Translations under genes and position numbers: made by a program
Source: Eutreptiella sp. 'Long Island Sound 2002'
Lineage: Eukaryota > Protista > Euglenida
Direction: 5' to 3'
Length of the DNA: 64,000 nucleotides
Assembly (NCBI GenBank): GCA_964036045.1
Contig: OZ038378.1
Span: 65,844,001-65,908,000 of the forward strand
Notes under the pieces: generated by a model
Database searches by the model: none
Told to the model about the DNA's origin: nothing
Seen by the model: only the letters and a program-made list of their open reading frames with translations
In this document: positions 1 through 9,058 of the stretch, one piece after another
Position numbering within the stretch: position 1 is the stretch's first letter
Layout of the letters: each line of letters starts with the position of its first letter

Positions 1-2
1 TT

Positions 3-1163
3 GGCCCCTCTCAGCCGCCCATCAACTTTGTTGATGGGAACGGCTACATTGTGCTTCGGGGGCTTGTGGAGGCACGGGATTGTGAGGTGGGGTGGAACAA
101 GGTGATGAAGGCGTGGGGCAGCGGCGACGAAAAAGTCTTCGCAAAAAATTTTGAGCTCCTTTTCAACGCCACGCGGAGTGAGGAGCAGGCCAAGGATCCT
201 GGGCTCCCCCGGCGTTGGCAAAGCAAGAGCACCTTGGGGTCGGGGGTGGGGGGGCCTCTCTTCAAGAAGTTCCACACCCACAACCGAAAGTGTCCCTGGG
301 GTTGGGGACCTCCACCCAATGACGCTCGGCAGCGTCATTGTGGCGAGTGTGGGGAGAGGGGCGCAGCTCCCCCACACCGACGTCGCCACCCACCCCGAGG
401 TCCTCCCCCCCCACGACAGGGAGGTCTCGGGGTGCCACCGGAGTAGCTTCCTCTGCTTGTCAGAGGACTACCAGGTGGCGGTGCAGGCGGGGACGGCCCT
501 GGGGGAGGCGGGGGAGGCGCGCTGGGACACCGTTGAGCTGCATCGGGGGGACATGGTGCTGATGGGGGCCACCGGCCGCCATCTTGGATTGCCTGCCCTC
601 CCCGACTCCAAGGATAGGCTGCACGGGGCTCTTTTTAACTCGCGGACCCCCGACCCCCGACACAAACACCACGAGGCCCACACCACACACTTGGACGCCA
701 CCCCCCCCAAGGCGGCCCTGGACGTTGCTGGGGACTTGTCCAGCTGGGTCTGCCCCAACGTGGACCAGGTGTTGTGGGTGGGGAAGGGGGCGGTTGGGCG
801 GGTGGGGTTGTGGGAGGGGGAGGCTGCCCAGGCCCTCTTCGCTGACCCCCCCCAGACGGTCCTGGCAGGCCCCCCCACCTGCCCCTTCCACCCCACCTTC
901 ATCTCCCGGTCGGCCCCGGCCTCCGACCTCGCCGTCATCGCGGTCGGCGAGCACTGCATGCTGTTCTTCGTGGGCAGCGTGCACCAGCTGGAGGTCTACA
1001 AGGGGGACAATGTCCATGTGGAGTCGGAGATCCACTTCGCCATGACCGGCATTGCCCCCCCGGTGCGGCCGACCACGCTGTGGCACCTGGTGAACACGGT
1101 CCCAGCGTGGCGGTCGCCCAAGTGCGCGAAGACCGGGGCATGGAGCATCACCTGCCCATGCGA
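3..1163 (+). pseudogene. PhyH-like 2OG-Fe(II) dioxygenase (double-stranded beta-helix) with an unknown C-terminal domain; 5'-partial and frameshifted
   Basis: Frame 3 from nt 3 reads FVDGNGYIVLRGLV, resembling the PhyH N-terminal F-x-x-x-GY-vvl motif. After a frameshift near 270-320, ORF 151..1305 gives GAQLPHTD (HxD at 373-381), a hydrophobic strand SSFLCLS, and VELHRGDMVLMGATGRHLG (GD at 547-552, distal His at 580-582). Confidence 0.65.
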
Positions 1164-1206
1164 GTGCAAGCTGTGCTTGCTTGTGTGTTTGCTTTGTTTA
1201 TTGGCA

Positions 1207-1398
1207 TTGGACGAAATTCACGTGAAATTCGTACGAAATTCGTACGAAATTCAAGGGAATTTCGTACGAATTTCGCACCAATTTCACGTGAATACATTTG
1301 TGTGAATATTTTGGAAATGTGAAATTCCTACGACATTCGTACGAAATTCGCACGAATTTCGTACGAATTTCGTACGATTTTCTGTGAATTTCGTCCAA
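1207..1398. repeat. ~190-bp self-palindromic element of GAAATTCGTACG/CACGTG motifs, probably intronic
   Basis: It begins TTGGACGAAATTCACGTGAAATTCGTACGAAATTCGTACGAAATTC and ends with a near-perfect reverse complement. A pyrimidine tract and a CTGCAG acceptor at 1480 follow. Confidence 0.85.
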
Positions 1399-1480
1399 TT
1401 TGCACCTTTTGCTCTTGCATTGCCTCGTGTGCACTCCCCTCTTCTCAATTTGTGCCTTGCACACCTCCCCACATCTGCAG

Positions 1481-2941
1481 GTCCCGTTCACCGCTTGGTC
1501 GCCGGATATTCGGCACCACGCCAAGCGCAACTTCAAGCCCCGGCCTCGATTGCCCGAGGAGCACGCCGAGCCCCCGAAGGCCCCGGTGGCGACCAGCCCG
1601 CAGGCTCCGGTGGTGGACGGCCGCCGAGCGAGGCCGGGATTGTGCGCAGTGAGGGGTTGCGGCGCTTTGGACGTTCGGCAGGCAGCGAGGCCAGCACCGC
1701 CACGGGGCATGCGGCGCGCGAGGTGGTGGTGCCCATGCCGTCCCGCAACGAGTTGGGCGACGCCCACACCAACCTTGAGAGTGGGGCAGGGGAAGGAGAT
1801 GCGGAAGGTGCCCTGCACCCCCCGGGGCTCCAACACCATGTCCCACACGGCACTGAGATGCCGCTGCCGCCCATCGGGCCCGGGCGGCACCTGCTGGGTC
1901 CAGGCCGGATCCGGCTGCCTGGCGGCCAGGGTGACCCGGTCCAGGGGGGGGTGGGGGGCCAACCTGCGTGCGGGGCAGGAGCTGGTGGGCATGTTTGCCT
2001 ACCGGCTTGTGAGTGGGCATTGGCGGGTGCAGACCGGGGTGTCGCGGATCGGGGAGGAGGGGACGATGACCACGGCTGGGGTTTTTGGGCTGAACGTGCT
2101 CACGGGTTGGGAGCAGCGGAGGCCGGAGTGGGCGGCCGTGGCATGGCTTGCCATGCGCGTCCATGTGGGGAGGCAGCGGAAGATGGGGGTGGCTGACGTC
2201 ATGCACGTCGAGGAGGACGAACCCCCCACGCGCAAGCGGAAAGGGCGCCCCGAAGGGGACACGCCCCCCCCCCCCCAAAGCCCCGCGTACGGCCACCCCG
2301 GCGGAGCGGGCAGTGCGGGCGGAGCAGGCGGAGCCAGTGGGGGGGCGGGGCCAAAGGGGGGTGGTGCAGGAGTGGGTGCACCAGCAGCGGGCGGGGGCGT
2401 TGGAGGCACGCGCGATCAGCGCGGAGGCCGCCAACCGCGACCTCGAGGCCCGTCTGTTCAGGGCCAATGAGGACAAGCGGGACTCCGAGTCGCGGTTGGC
2501 GGACACATCAAGGAGCGTGACCGGCTGGCCACCAAGGTGAAAACTCTTGAGCGCGACGTGGCGACGTTGCCCAAGGCAAAGCCAGCAGCACAGCCAGCAG
2601 AGGCAGTGGAGAGGGCTGAGGGTGCCGCGACCCCCCGGGGTGACAAGGGGGGGGGCACTGCCGCCGGTGTCCGGTACCTCCTGGCCGGCGCACAGGCGTG
2701 GCATGCCCAGGCCGAGGCGTGCACCGGCCAGATGTCGGCAGTGTCCACCGGCCTGCGGATGGCCATGTTGGGCAGTGGCCAGCAGGTCGATGTGGACAGC
2801 GTGGCCCCCGACGCCCCCAAGGTGACTGCCGCAATGGAGGAAGTGCGCCTGCAGTACCCCCCCCCGCCGCCTCACGTCGGCGGCCATGGACCCCTCCCTT
2901 GTGGAGGCGGTGGGGGAGCAGAGCTCCCAAGGCTCCGCTAG
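1481..2941 (+). pseudogene. Degenerate coding exon(s) of unknown function with a C-terminal coiled-coil-like region; probably continues the dioxygenase gene
   Basis: Strong acceptor at 1480 (acacctccccacatctgcag|). Overlapping GC-rich ORFs 1400..2470, 2148..2540 and 2537..2941 hand over at homopolymer runs. The segment LEARAISAEAANRDLEARLFRANEDKRDSESRL has heptad character. Confidence 0.4.
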
Positions 2942-3096
2942 CCGGAGCTCTGCTCCAGGGGCGGGGGGTGCGTAGATCACCCTTTACCCTCCGGACCACC
3001 TGTCCTTTCTAACCACCACGAATGTTATCCTGCCCCCCCCCCCCCGCCCAAGCATGGGCAGTTTGACCGACATGTGGGGCACTCCCCCCCCACTGT

Positions 3097-3225
3097 GCGA
3101 AATTTTTCGCAACACTGTTTGTACATTTTTTGGGGTACGCTATGCCCCCTGACCTGTTTGCGATATTTTCTGCGGAACTGTTTGTATTTTATTTTGGGTA
3201 TGCTATGCCCCCTGACGTGTTACAC
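3097..3225. repeat. Two imperfect direct repeats of about 65 bp
   Basis: ctgtttgtacattttttggggtacgctatgccccctgac is followed by ctgtttgtattttattttgggtatgctatgccccctgac. Confidence 0.75.
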
Positions 3226-3344
3226 TGCTGGCTGAGTGTCACCCGGAATGACAACCAGTGGACTGGGTGTGTGATAACCCATGAGCACCATCCTGAGCTT
3301 GCTTTTTGAGGGTCAACGAGGGCAGAAGGATGAGGCTTCGGCAA

Positions 3345-3530
3345 AATTCTGTGACAGTCATGTGAAATTCGTACGAAATTCGTACAAAATTCGTACGAAA
3401 TTCGTACGAATTTCGTGCGAATTTTGTGCGAATTTCACATTTTCAGAATATTCACACAATTCTATTCACGTGAAATTCGCACGAATTTCGGACGAATTTC
3501 GTACTAATTTGTACGAATTTCCTCAAATTG
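3345..3530. repeat. Second GAAATTCGTACG palindromic array, inverted relative to 1207-1398, just upstream of the transposase
   Basis: Its core gaatttcacattttcagaatattcacacaattctattcacgtgaaatt is nearly the reverse complement of the core of the 1207-1398 copy. Confidence 0.85.
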
Positions 3531-3599
3531 CATGCGAATCACAGTAGAGAGAGTTGTCTGCGGGAGGGGGATGGTAGAAACCTTGCGATGACTGCCTCC

Positions 3600-5400
3600 C
3601 CATTCAACAGGTCTTGTATCTCACACCATGCCGCGGACCAAGGAGCCATTCCATCTGCTAGCGGATCGTACACGACGGCGGCGCCTACAAGAGCTCCGGG
3701 AGGTTTTTACCAAGGAGCTTGCAGCACCCTACACCGTCAAGTACCTGCCCGACACGGGGCAAATAGTGCTTACCCCCGAAAGAAGAGTTGTAGCCTGAGC
3801 CCACCGAGGAGGAGAGGTTGATTATGGCCGTCTGGAGGATCCGGTCATTGCACCTCTCTAGGACGGAGTCCCGGTACCTAGTGGGGAGCATGACGTACGG
3901 TGTGGTATGGGACCAGGTGTACGGCATGCTGCGGCAGCTAGCGTTGCCGGAGTCCCGGGCGTTCACCGCCTATACGGGAGACGACATGGCCATCAATGGT
4001 GCGGCCTGCTACCTACCTGACCGCATCGCCCACCTATTCAAGTGTCGCCCACCCCCACCCTCGGACATCATACGGCCCGGGGACCGACGGCTGCATTGGT
4101 TGCCTATTGCGGTGGACGGTACATCGAGGCATGAGGCCTCGTACGTCCATTGCACGCTCGGTGGCACCGCCAGCCCCAACCAACTATCTAGTTGGTGGCT
4201 ACTAGGGGGCAGTGAAAAGTGGGAGATCCTCTACACGGCCTCCCAGGAAATTGATTTTGATGATGAGTTGCGCAAGGCCGCAACCATAAGTTTTAAGGAT
4301 ACGGCAGGGAACGATAGGCAGTCCCTTTTTTTCTGTGTGCAGATGGTAAAGCACAGGTGCTCATGGCGGGCTGCCAAAACAGGAAGGCAGAATCCCCTGG
4401 TGCCACTGTGTGTTGGGTCTGCATGCGTAACCGTGCTCTGTGCCTTCCTACCTTTGGCACAGCAAGGGCGATAGACGGCAACTGGGAACCGGCCGTTGCC
4501 ATAAATGCTATATATAGGACCATTACGAGTGATAGGCGAGTGCCTGATTATGGCCTCCATGGGGTCCTTCGTGTCCTGTTGTGTGCAGTCAACGAGACAG
4601 GACCTAGTTGTACAAATGACACGGAAGGCACCGGCCACTGTGGCACGCACCATGCTGCAACCGGTTCTAGATGAGGCACAGCTTGCTGCACGAATTTGCA
4701 TTCTTGCCTCATTAAATAATGACAAGGCAAACAGCAAGGGGAAGGTGAGGATGGAATGTGCTGCTGCCATCCATTTCATGCGGAATAGGGGTTGGGAGAA
4801 GATAATAGATGCTTGCCTAGAGCAGCCTAGTGTGAGGCAGCATCAAGTAGGGGGAAAAAGTTGGGAGTCGGTGTGCAAAACGTGGTGGCAGAATTTTGCA
4901 AGCATGTGTGTATACGCGTGGCGTTCCGCATGGTTCTCCGGGGCCGACTTGGGGCGGCTCCGGAACCATAGCATAGCCATGGGCGCTGCCCACAATGAGC
5001 TCCAGTGAGGCAAACTTCTGTGGACGCATCTTTGGATCGACCACATGTATTATTTTGCAAAGAAGTGGAGAATCTTGTCAAAGTTCTCCTGCTTTGCCAT
5101 GGAGGAGAAGTCACCGGAGGCTGAAGCGCATGTTGCGCAACAGCGGGGGCCTAAGCCTCCTCCGGGGGAGACTAGGGGTGCAAGTGGTTGTGGACAACCA
5201 CACCATTGACGATAGCCTTTGGTTGCATGGGTAGGATGCGACCAAAAGGGCTCAACATGGGCAAGGGCCCATAAGTGTACAAACGTATGCAAGCCGCACA
5301 AGAAGACGGCTTCTAACTGACATGCAGCACCTTCAGACTCTACAGCGGCGGTTCCGGTGCCGCAAGAGACGGACAGGAGATCACCTTACGAACACAGACC
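3600..5400 (+). pseudogene. RAG1/Transib/Chapaev-like DDE transposase, decayed (about 3 frameshifts, at least 2 in-frame stops)
   Basis: LPIAVDG (D 4115-4117); WWLLGGSEKWEIL; ADGK (D 4342-4344, after a frameshift in the T-run); CWVC (4411-4422); PDYGLH (4546-4560); H-x4-H (5027, 5042); E (5102-5104), exactly 20 codons after the second His. Mouse RAG1 has the same order and the same H942-E962 spacing. Confidence 0.75.
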
Positions 5401-5479
5401 ATTGTTGCCTGTGACCGGGGTGCATGCCGGGGGGCCTACTAGGGGTGTGAGGACAAATCAGGGGGTGCACACCGGTAAC

Positions 5480-5785
5480 ATTTGTGCAAAATCACGTGAA
5501 TTCACGTGAAATTCATACGAAATTTGTACGAAATTCGTGCGAATTTCGTACGAATTCACGTGAATTCACGGCTGTGAATCGACTACAGGCTTGCCGGGTT
5601 CCCGCACCTCTCGTTTTGGGCACGGTTCGGACATGATGGATGCTTTTGGGGCGGGACTTTCATCGGATGATGCGTAACAAAGCTAGGGGAGGAATTTTGG
5701 CCTTGGAATGAACCAAGAATATGGCATTTTCCCCCAAAAACCTCAAAATTTGGGTAAATTCACGTGAAATGTACGCAATTGTTCA
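5480..5785. repeat. Downstream GAAATTCGTACG/CACGTG palindromic arrays (5480-5570 and 5755-5785), probably 3' subterminal repeats of the transposon
   Basis: cacgtgaattcacgtgaaattcatacgaaatttgtacgaaattcgtgcgaatttcgtacgaattcacgtgaattc and aaattcacgtgaaatgtacgc. Confidence 0.75.
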
Positions 5786-5819
5786 AACGGCCACTTAACG
5801 GCCGTTCACGAAGGGTACA

Positions 5820-6360
5820 ATCTCAGTACCCTCCCCTCCAGTCAAGTGTCTGCTCTTCATGTCAATGTAATCAGCCACATCCCGATCAAAGATGTGTCGG
5901 ATGCCGTCCGCAGCCTCCTCTCCGCCGACCCGCGCAGCTTCGTGGATCTAGTGAATGGGGACAGTTCCCCCCTCTCGAAGGGGAAGGTGGTGCTGTCTGG
6001 CTTCTCGCTCATAATGGCGGTGGTAGCATTGGCGGCAAAACACCAGGGTAAAAGCCTATCATGGTCGCTGGCAGCCACCGACACTTGGGCGCCCCTCGAT
6101 GGTATCTCCGACAAGGTGCTGGAACGAGCACTTCGTGGTTACTGGCCCAACGTCTCCGGGGCCATCCCTCGGGACATCTCGTCCCCCCGACCGGCTGGTC
6201 CAGAGCAGGCCGCCCACAGCGGGTCTCTGGCGGTTGGATCTCAGGAGTCCATCAACCCTGGGGGCAAGGCCCATGCTGGGCCGTCGCTAACGGCCGAGGA
6301 TGTGACGGACCTCATCATGCCGCAACTCTTGCTGAAGACCACCAAGAGAACCAAGGATCT
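5820..6360 (+). mobile_element. Internal fragment of the non-LTR element's 5' ORF, a copy of 9232-9771
   Basis: ORF 5846.. (SHIPIKDVSDAVRSLLSADPRSFVDLVNGDSSPLSKGKVV...) is near-identical to the middle of ORF 8981..10018. The similarity ends at ggatct (6360 and 9771). Confidence 0.9.
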
Positions 6361-7690
6361 TTACCAGCCCTCCCCCCTCCCTTGGAATGGCAGCAAATAC
6401 CGGTGTACTCACAGATGTGACATCACAGAGCATACATCAGAATGCCACAGCACACACCACAGGGTGCAGACACCACACAACATGCCGCAACCGGCTAAAC
6501 ACCCAATAAATAACCGAAGCTGCCAAACAACCCAACCTGCCAAGCAACCAACACACCATCCAACCAACCCCACCAACCACACCACATGAAAACATAGCAC
6601 ACCACAGGGCATGTCATGTGACCACAACACACTACCCTCCCACACACTACAACACACCACGCCACTGCACAGTACAGCTCACCATAGCGGATCACACACC
6701 ACAACAGACTACAACACAGCACACCACACCACTTTACACCTTACAAGACCACAATATGGTCATGTGGTGTGGTCGGGTGTCATGTGGTGTGGTCTGGTGT
6801 CATGTGGTGTGGTGTGATGTGGTGGGGTATCGTGCGATAGGGTTGCCTGTCTGCTTGGTTGAAGGGTGTCTTGGTTGCTTGGCAGGTGGGGTTGTTTGGC
6901 AGCTTGGGTTGTTGCGTGTTTGGCTAGGTGGGGCACGCTGTGTGGTGTGTGCACCCTGTGGTGTTAGGTGCCGTATGCTGTTGTGTGCTCTGTGATGTCA
7001 TGTCTGTGGGTACCATGTAATTACCGCCATTCCAAGGGAGGGGGGGGGCTAATGAGAAGTTACTATTTTTGTTCTAGCAGCGTTCGCGGGGATTCTTCTA
7101 GCGGTGATCTAGCGGCGCTGTAGCGGCCGCTAGAACGTCGCTAGATCACTGCTAGAACGCCTCCCTAGAACGCCGCCAGAACAAGAATAGTGACTGCTTA
7201 TCAGCCCCCCCCCCCCCTCCCTTGGAATGGCAGTAATTACATGGTATCCACGGACATGACATCGCAGAGCACACCACCACATACGGCACCTAACACCACA
7301 GGGTGCACACACCACACAGCGTGCCCCACCCAGCCAAACACACAACAAACAAACCAAGCTGCTAAACAACCCTACCTGCCAAGCAACCAACACACCCTTT
7401 AACCAACAAGACAGGCAACCCTATCGCACGATACCCCACCACACCCCACCACACCACATGACACCACAGACCACACCACGTGACACCCGACGACACCACA
7501 TGACAACACAGCACACCACAGGGCACATCATGTTACCACAACACACTACCCCCCCACCCCGCACAGTACAGTACACCACAGCACATCACACACTACAACA
7601 GACCGCAGCACACCACAGCACACCATACTACATGGCACCGCTTTACACCTTCCGAGACCACAACACACCACAACACCGCACTTTATTGCA
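6361..7690. repeat. Three copies of a CA/TG-rich unit of about 330-400 bp (+, -, +); 6765-7500 forms a ~735-bp foldback palindrome
   Basis: cccctcccttggaatggcag begins the copies at about 6372 and 7213; its reverse complement ccattccaagggaggggg is at about 7028. The flanking arms are complementary around a centre near 7125. Confidence 0.85.
7068..7190. repeat. GTTCTAG/CTAGAAC palindromic motif array at the centre of the foldback
   Basis: gttctagcagcgttc...ctagcggcgctgtagcggccgctag...gaacgccgccagaac; the left half is in one orientation and the right half is inverted. Confidence 0.8.
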
Positions 7691-8057
7691 TGGCATACCT
7701 GCAACTTCAAAATTCAACTTCAAATTGCATTTCCTCATCAACATCAATAAAATCCAAGCAAAAACCACCTGTGAAAGGAAGAACAGAACACCACCCAGAC
7801 CCCTGAGTCCAACCCCCCCCCCCCCCAAGGTAGTTCTGAACCCCCCACCTTGAAAAATGTGTGACAAAAGCAAAGTCCCCCCACTAAGGGCTTGAAGGCA
7901 GGGCACCCCTACAGTGCCCGTGCCTATGTCAAAATGTGTGTGTGCATGTGTGTGCTTGTGTGTGTGTACCCAATGTGATGGTTTCCCTGTGTCTATGTGT
8001 CATGGAACCCCCTCCCTTCGCACATTGGTGTGTTTTACTTGCCTAATGTGTGTGCAT

Positions 8058-8375
8058 GGTTTTGTTCTAGCGTCGTTCTAGCGAAGCGTTCTAGGAACGT
8101 TCTAGCGCCGTTCTAGCGGGGCGGCGCTAGAGTGCCACTAGAACGTTCCTAGAACGGCCTATTGTACTTGTTGAGTTTCATGTCAAAAAAGTGTTTTCTG
8201 AAAAACATTGTATGGACCCCCTAGTATGGTAATAGGGGTCCAATTTGCACCCTTCATATCCCCGCCCCCCTATGCCCATGGGTCAGCGTACCCCCCTCTT
8301 TTTTTGGTTTAGCCGCTCTAGAGTGTTTTTGGCTAGAACGAGATTGGGTATTCTAGCGTGTACCTAGGGGTTAGA
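8058..8375. repeat. Second GTTCTAG/CTAGAAC array with associated MITE-like sequence
   Basis: gttctagcgtcgttctagcgaagcgttctaggaacgttctagcgccgttctagc...ctagaacgttcctagaacgg (8063-8160). A ggacccc/ggggtcc hairpin lies at about 8214-8241, and more CTAG motifs at 8315-8370. Confidence 0.7.
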
Positions 8376-8389
8376 GGAAATGACCTACC

Positions 8390-9058
8390 GCCCCCTCACC
8401 CCCGGTGAGCAAGGCACGCATAACTATAGCCAGGGGCATGTTCATGTGGTACTACAATGACACGACACCAGCACGGCGCCGTGTGCGGTAAGAAAGCAGT
8501 GCAATGTGCTGGTTGTACAGCAGCGGAGGGAGTCATGGAAATGCACTTGGTGGGTTTGTGACATATCCACACTGCAATGTTTGAAGGAGCGTTCTGATGG
8601 CTATGCAAGATCCCTTGCTACCAGATCTTTGCTCAGCTTCCTAGCACGCAATAGTTGGATGTGGCTGTACGGGCGCAACTGCCTAGGGTCGCCCCAAACA
8701 AGCATTCGCCCCCCATGGAAGCCAAGTCCAATCCCATCGGGATGATGCTTTGCCTGGACGCCTCATCCACAAAGCTGAAGGCGAATCGAGTTTGTGCCTT
8801 CTCTAGAACAGCCCCCAAAAGCAGCCCATAACGGTTAGCAACCATTCCATGTGTGGCAAAGAACACACCGCAGCTGTTAAGAGCCCAAGTTATCCTGCGC
8901 TTACCACCGGATGTGCGCCCCAGTGTCTTCTGCACCTTACCATTATCAAATGACCTGAGTGCTGCCGGGGCAGCAGCTCGTTGGGCAGGTACACGCACCC
9001 AAGGTGCCGGATGGTCTCTGAGCACATGCTCACGGAACACCTTGTCAACATGACTGCC
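8390..9058 (-). pseudogene. UPF1/DNA2-like SF1 helicase, motifs II-IV (copy 1, part downstream of the LINE insertion)
   Basis: CGVFFATHG; FVDEASRQ (DE at 8762-8767); GDPRQLRP (8670-8693, after a frameshift); SL*YHMNMPLA, resembling motif IV L-x-x-QYRMHP. Confidence 0.75.

Noticed and set aside
1830-2030. GGTCW...GGWG as an OTU protease domain
   Set aside because: The catalytic Asp and His are not evident; the similarity is too weak without a profile search.
3091-3097. CACTGTG as an RSS heptamer or TIR of the RAG1-like element
   Set aside because: There is no nonamer at 12 or 23 bp, and no matching inverted copy was found at the 3' side.
6409-7853. ORFs rich in H/T/P or V/W/C
   Set aside because: These are translations of CA/TG low-complexity repeats; the same applies to 39448-40637.
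8981-9058. Start of ORF 8981..10018 as the LINE ORF1 start
   Set aside because: These codons lie outside the TSD, in antisense helicase sequence, so the ORF is a chance fusion.
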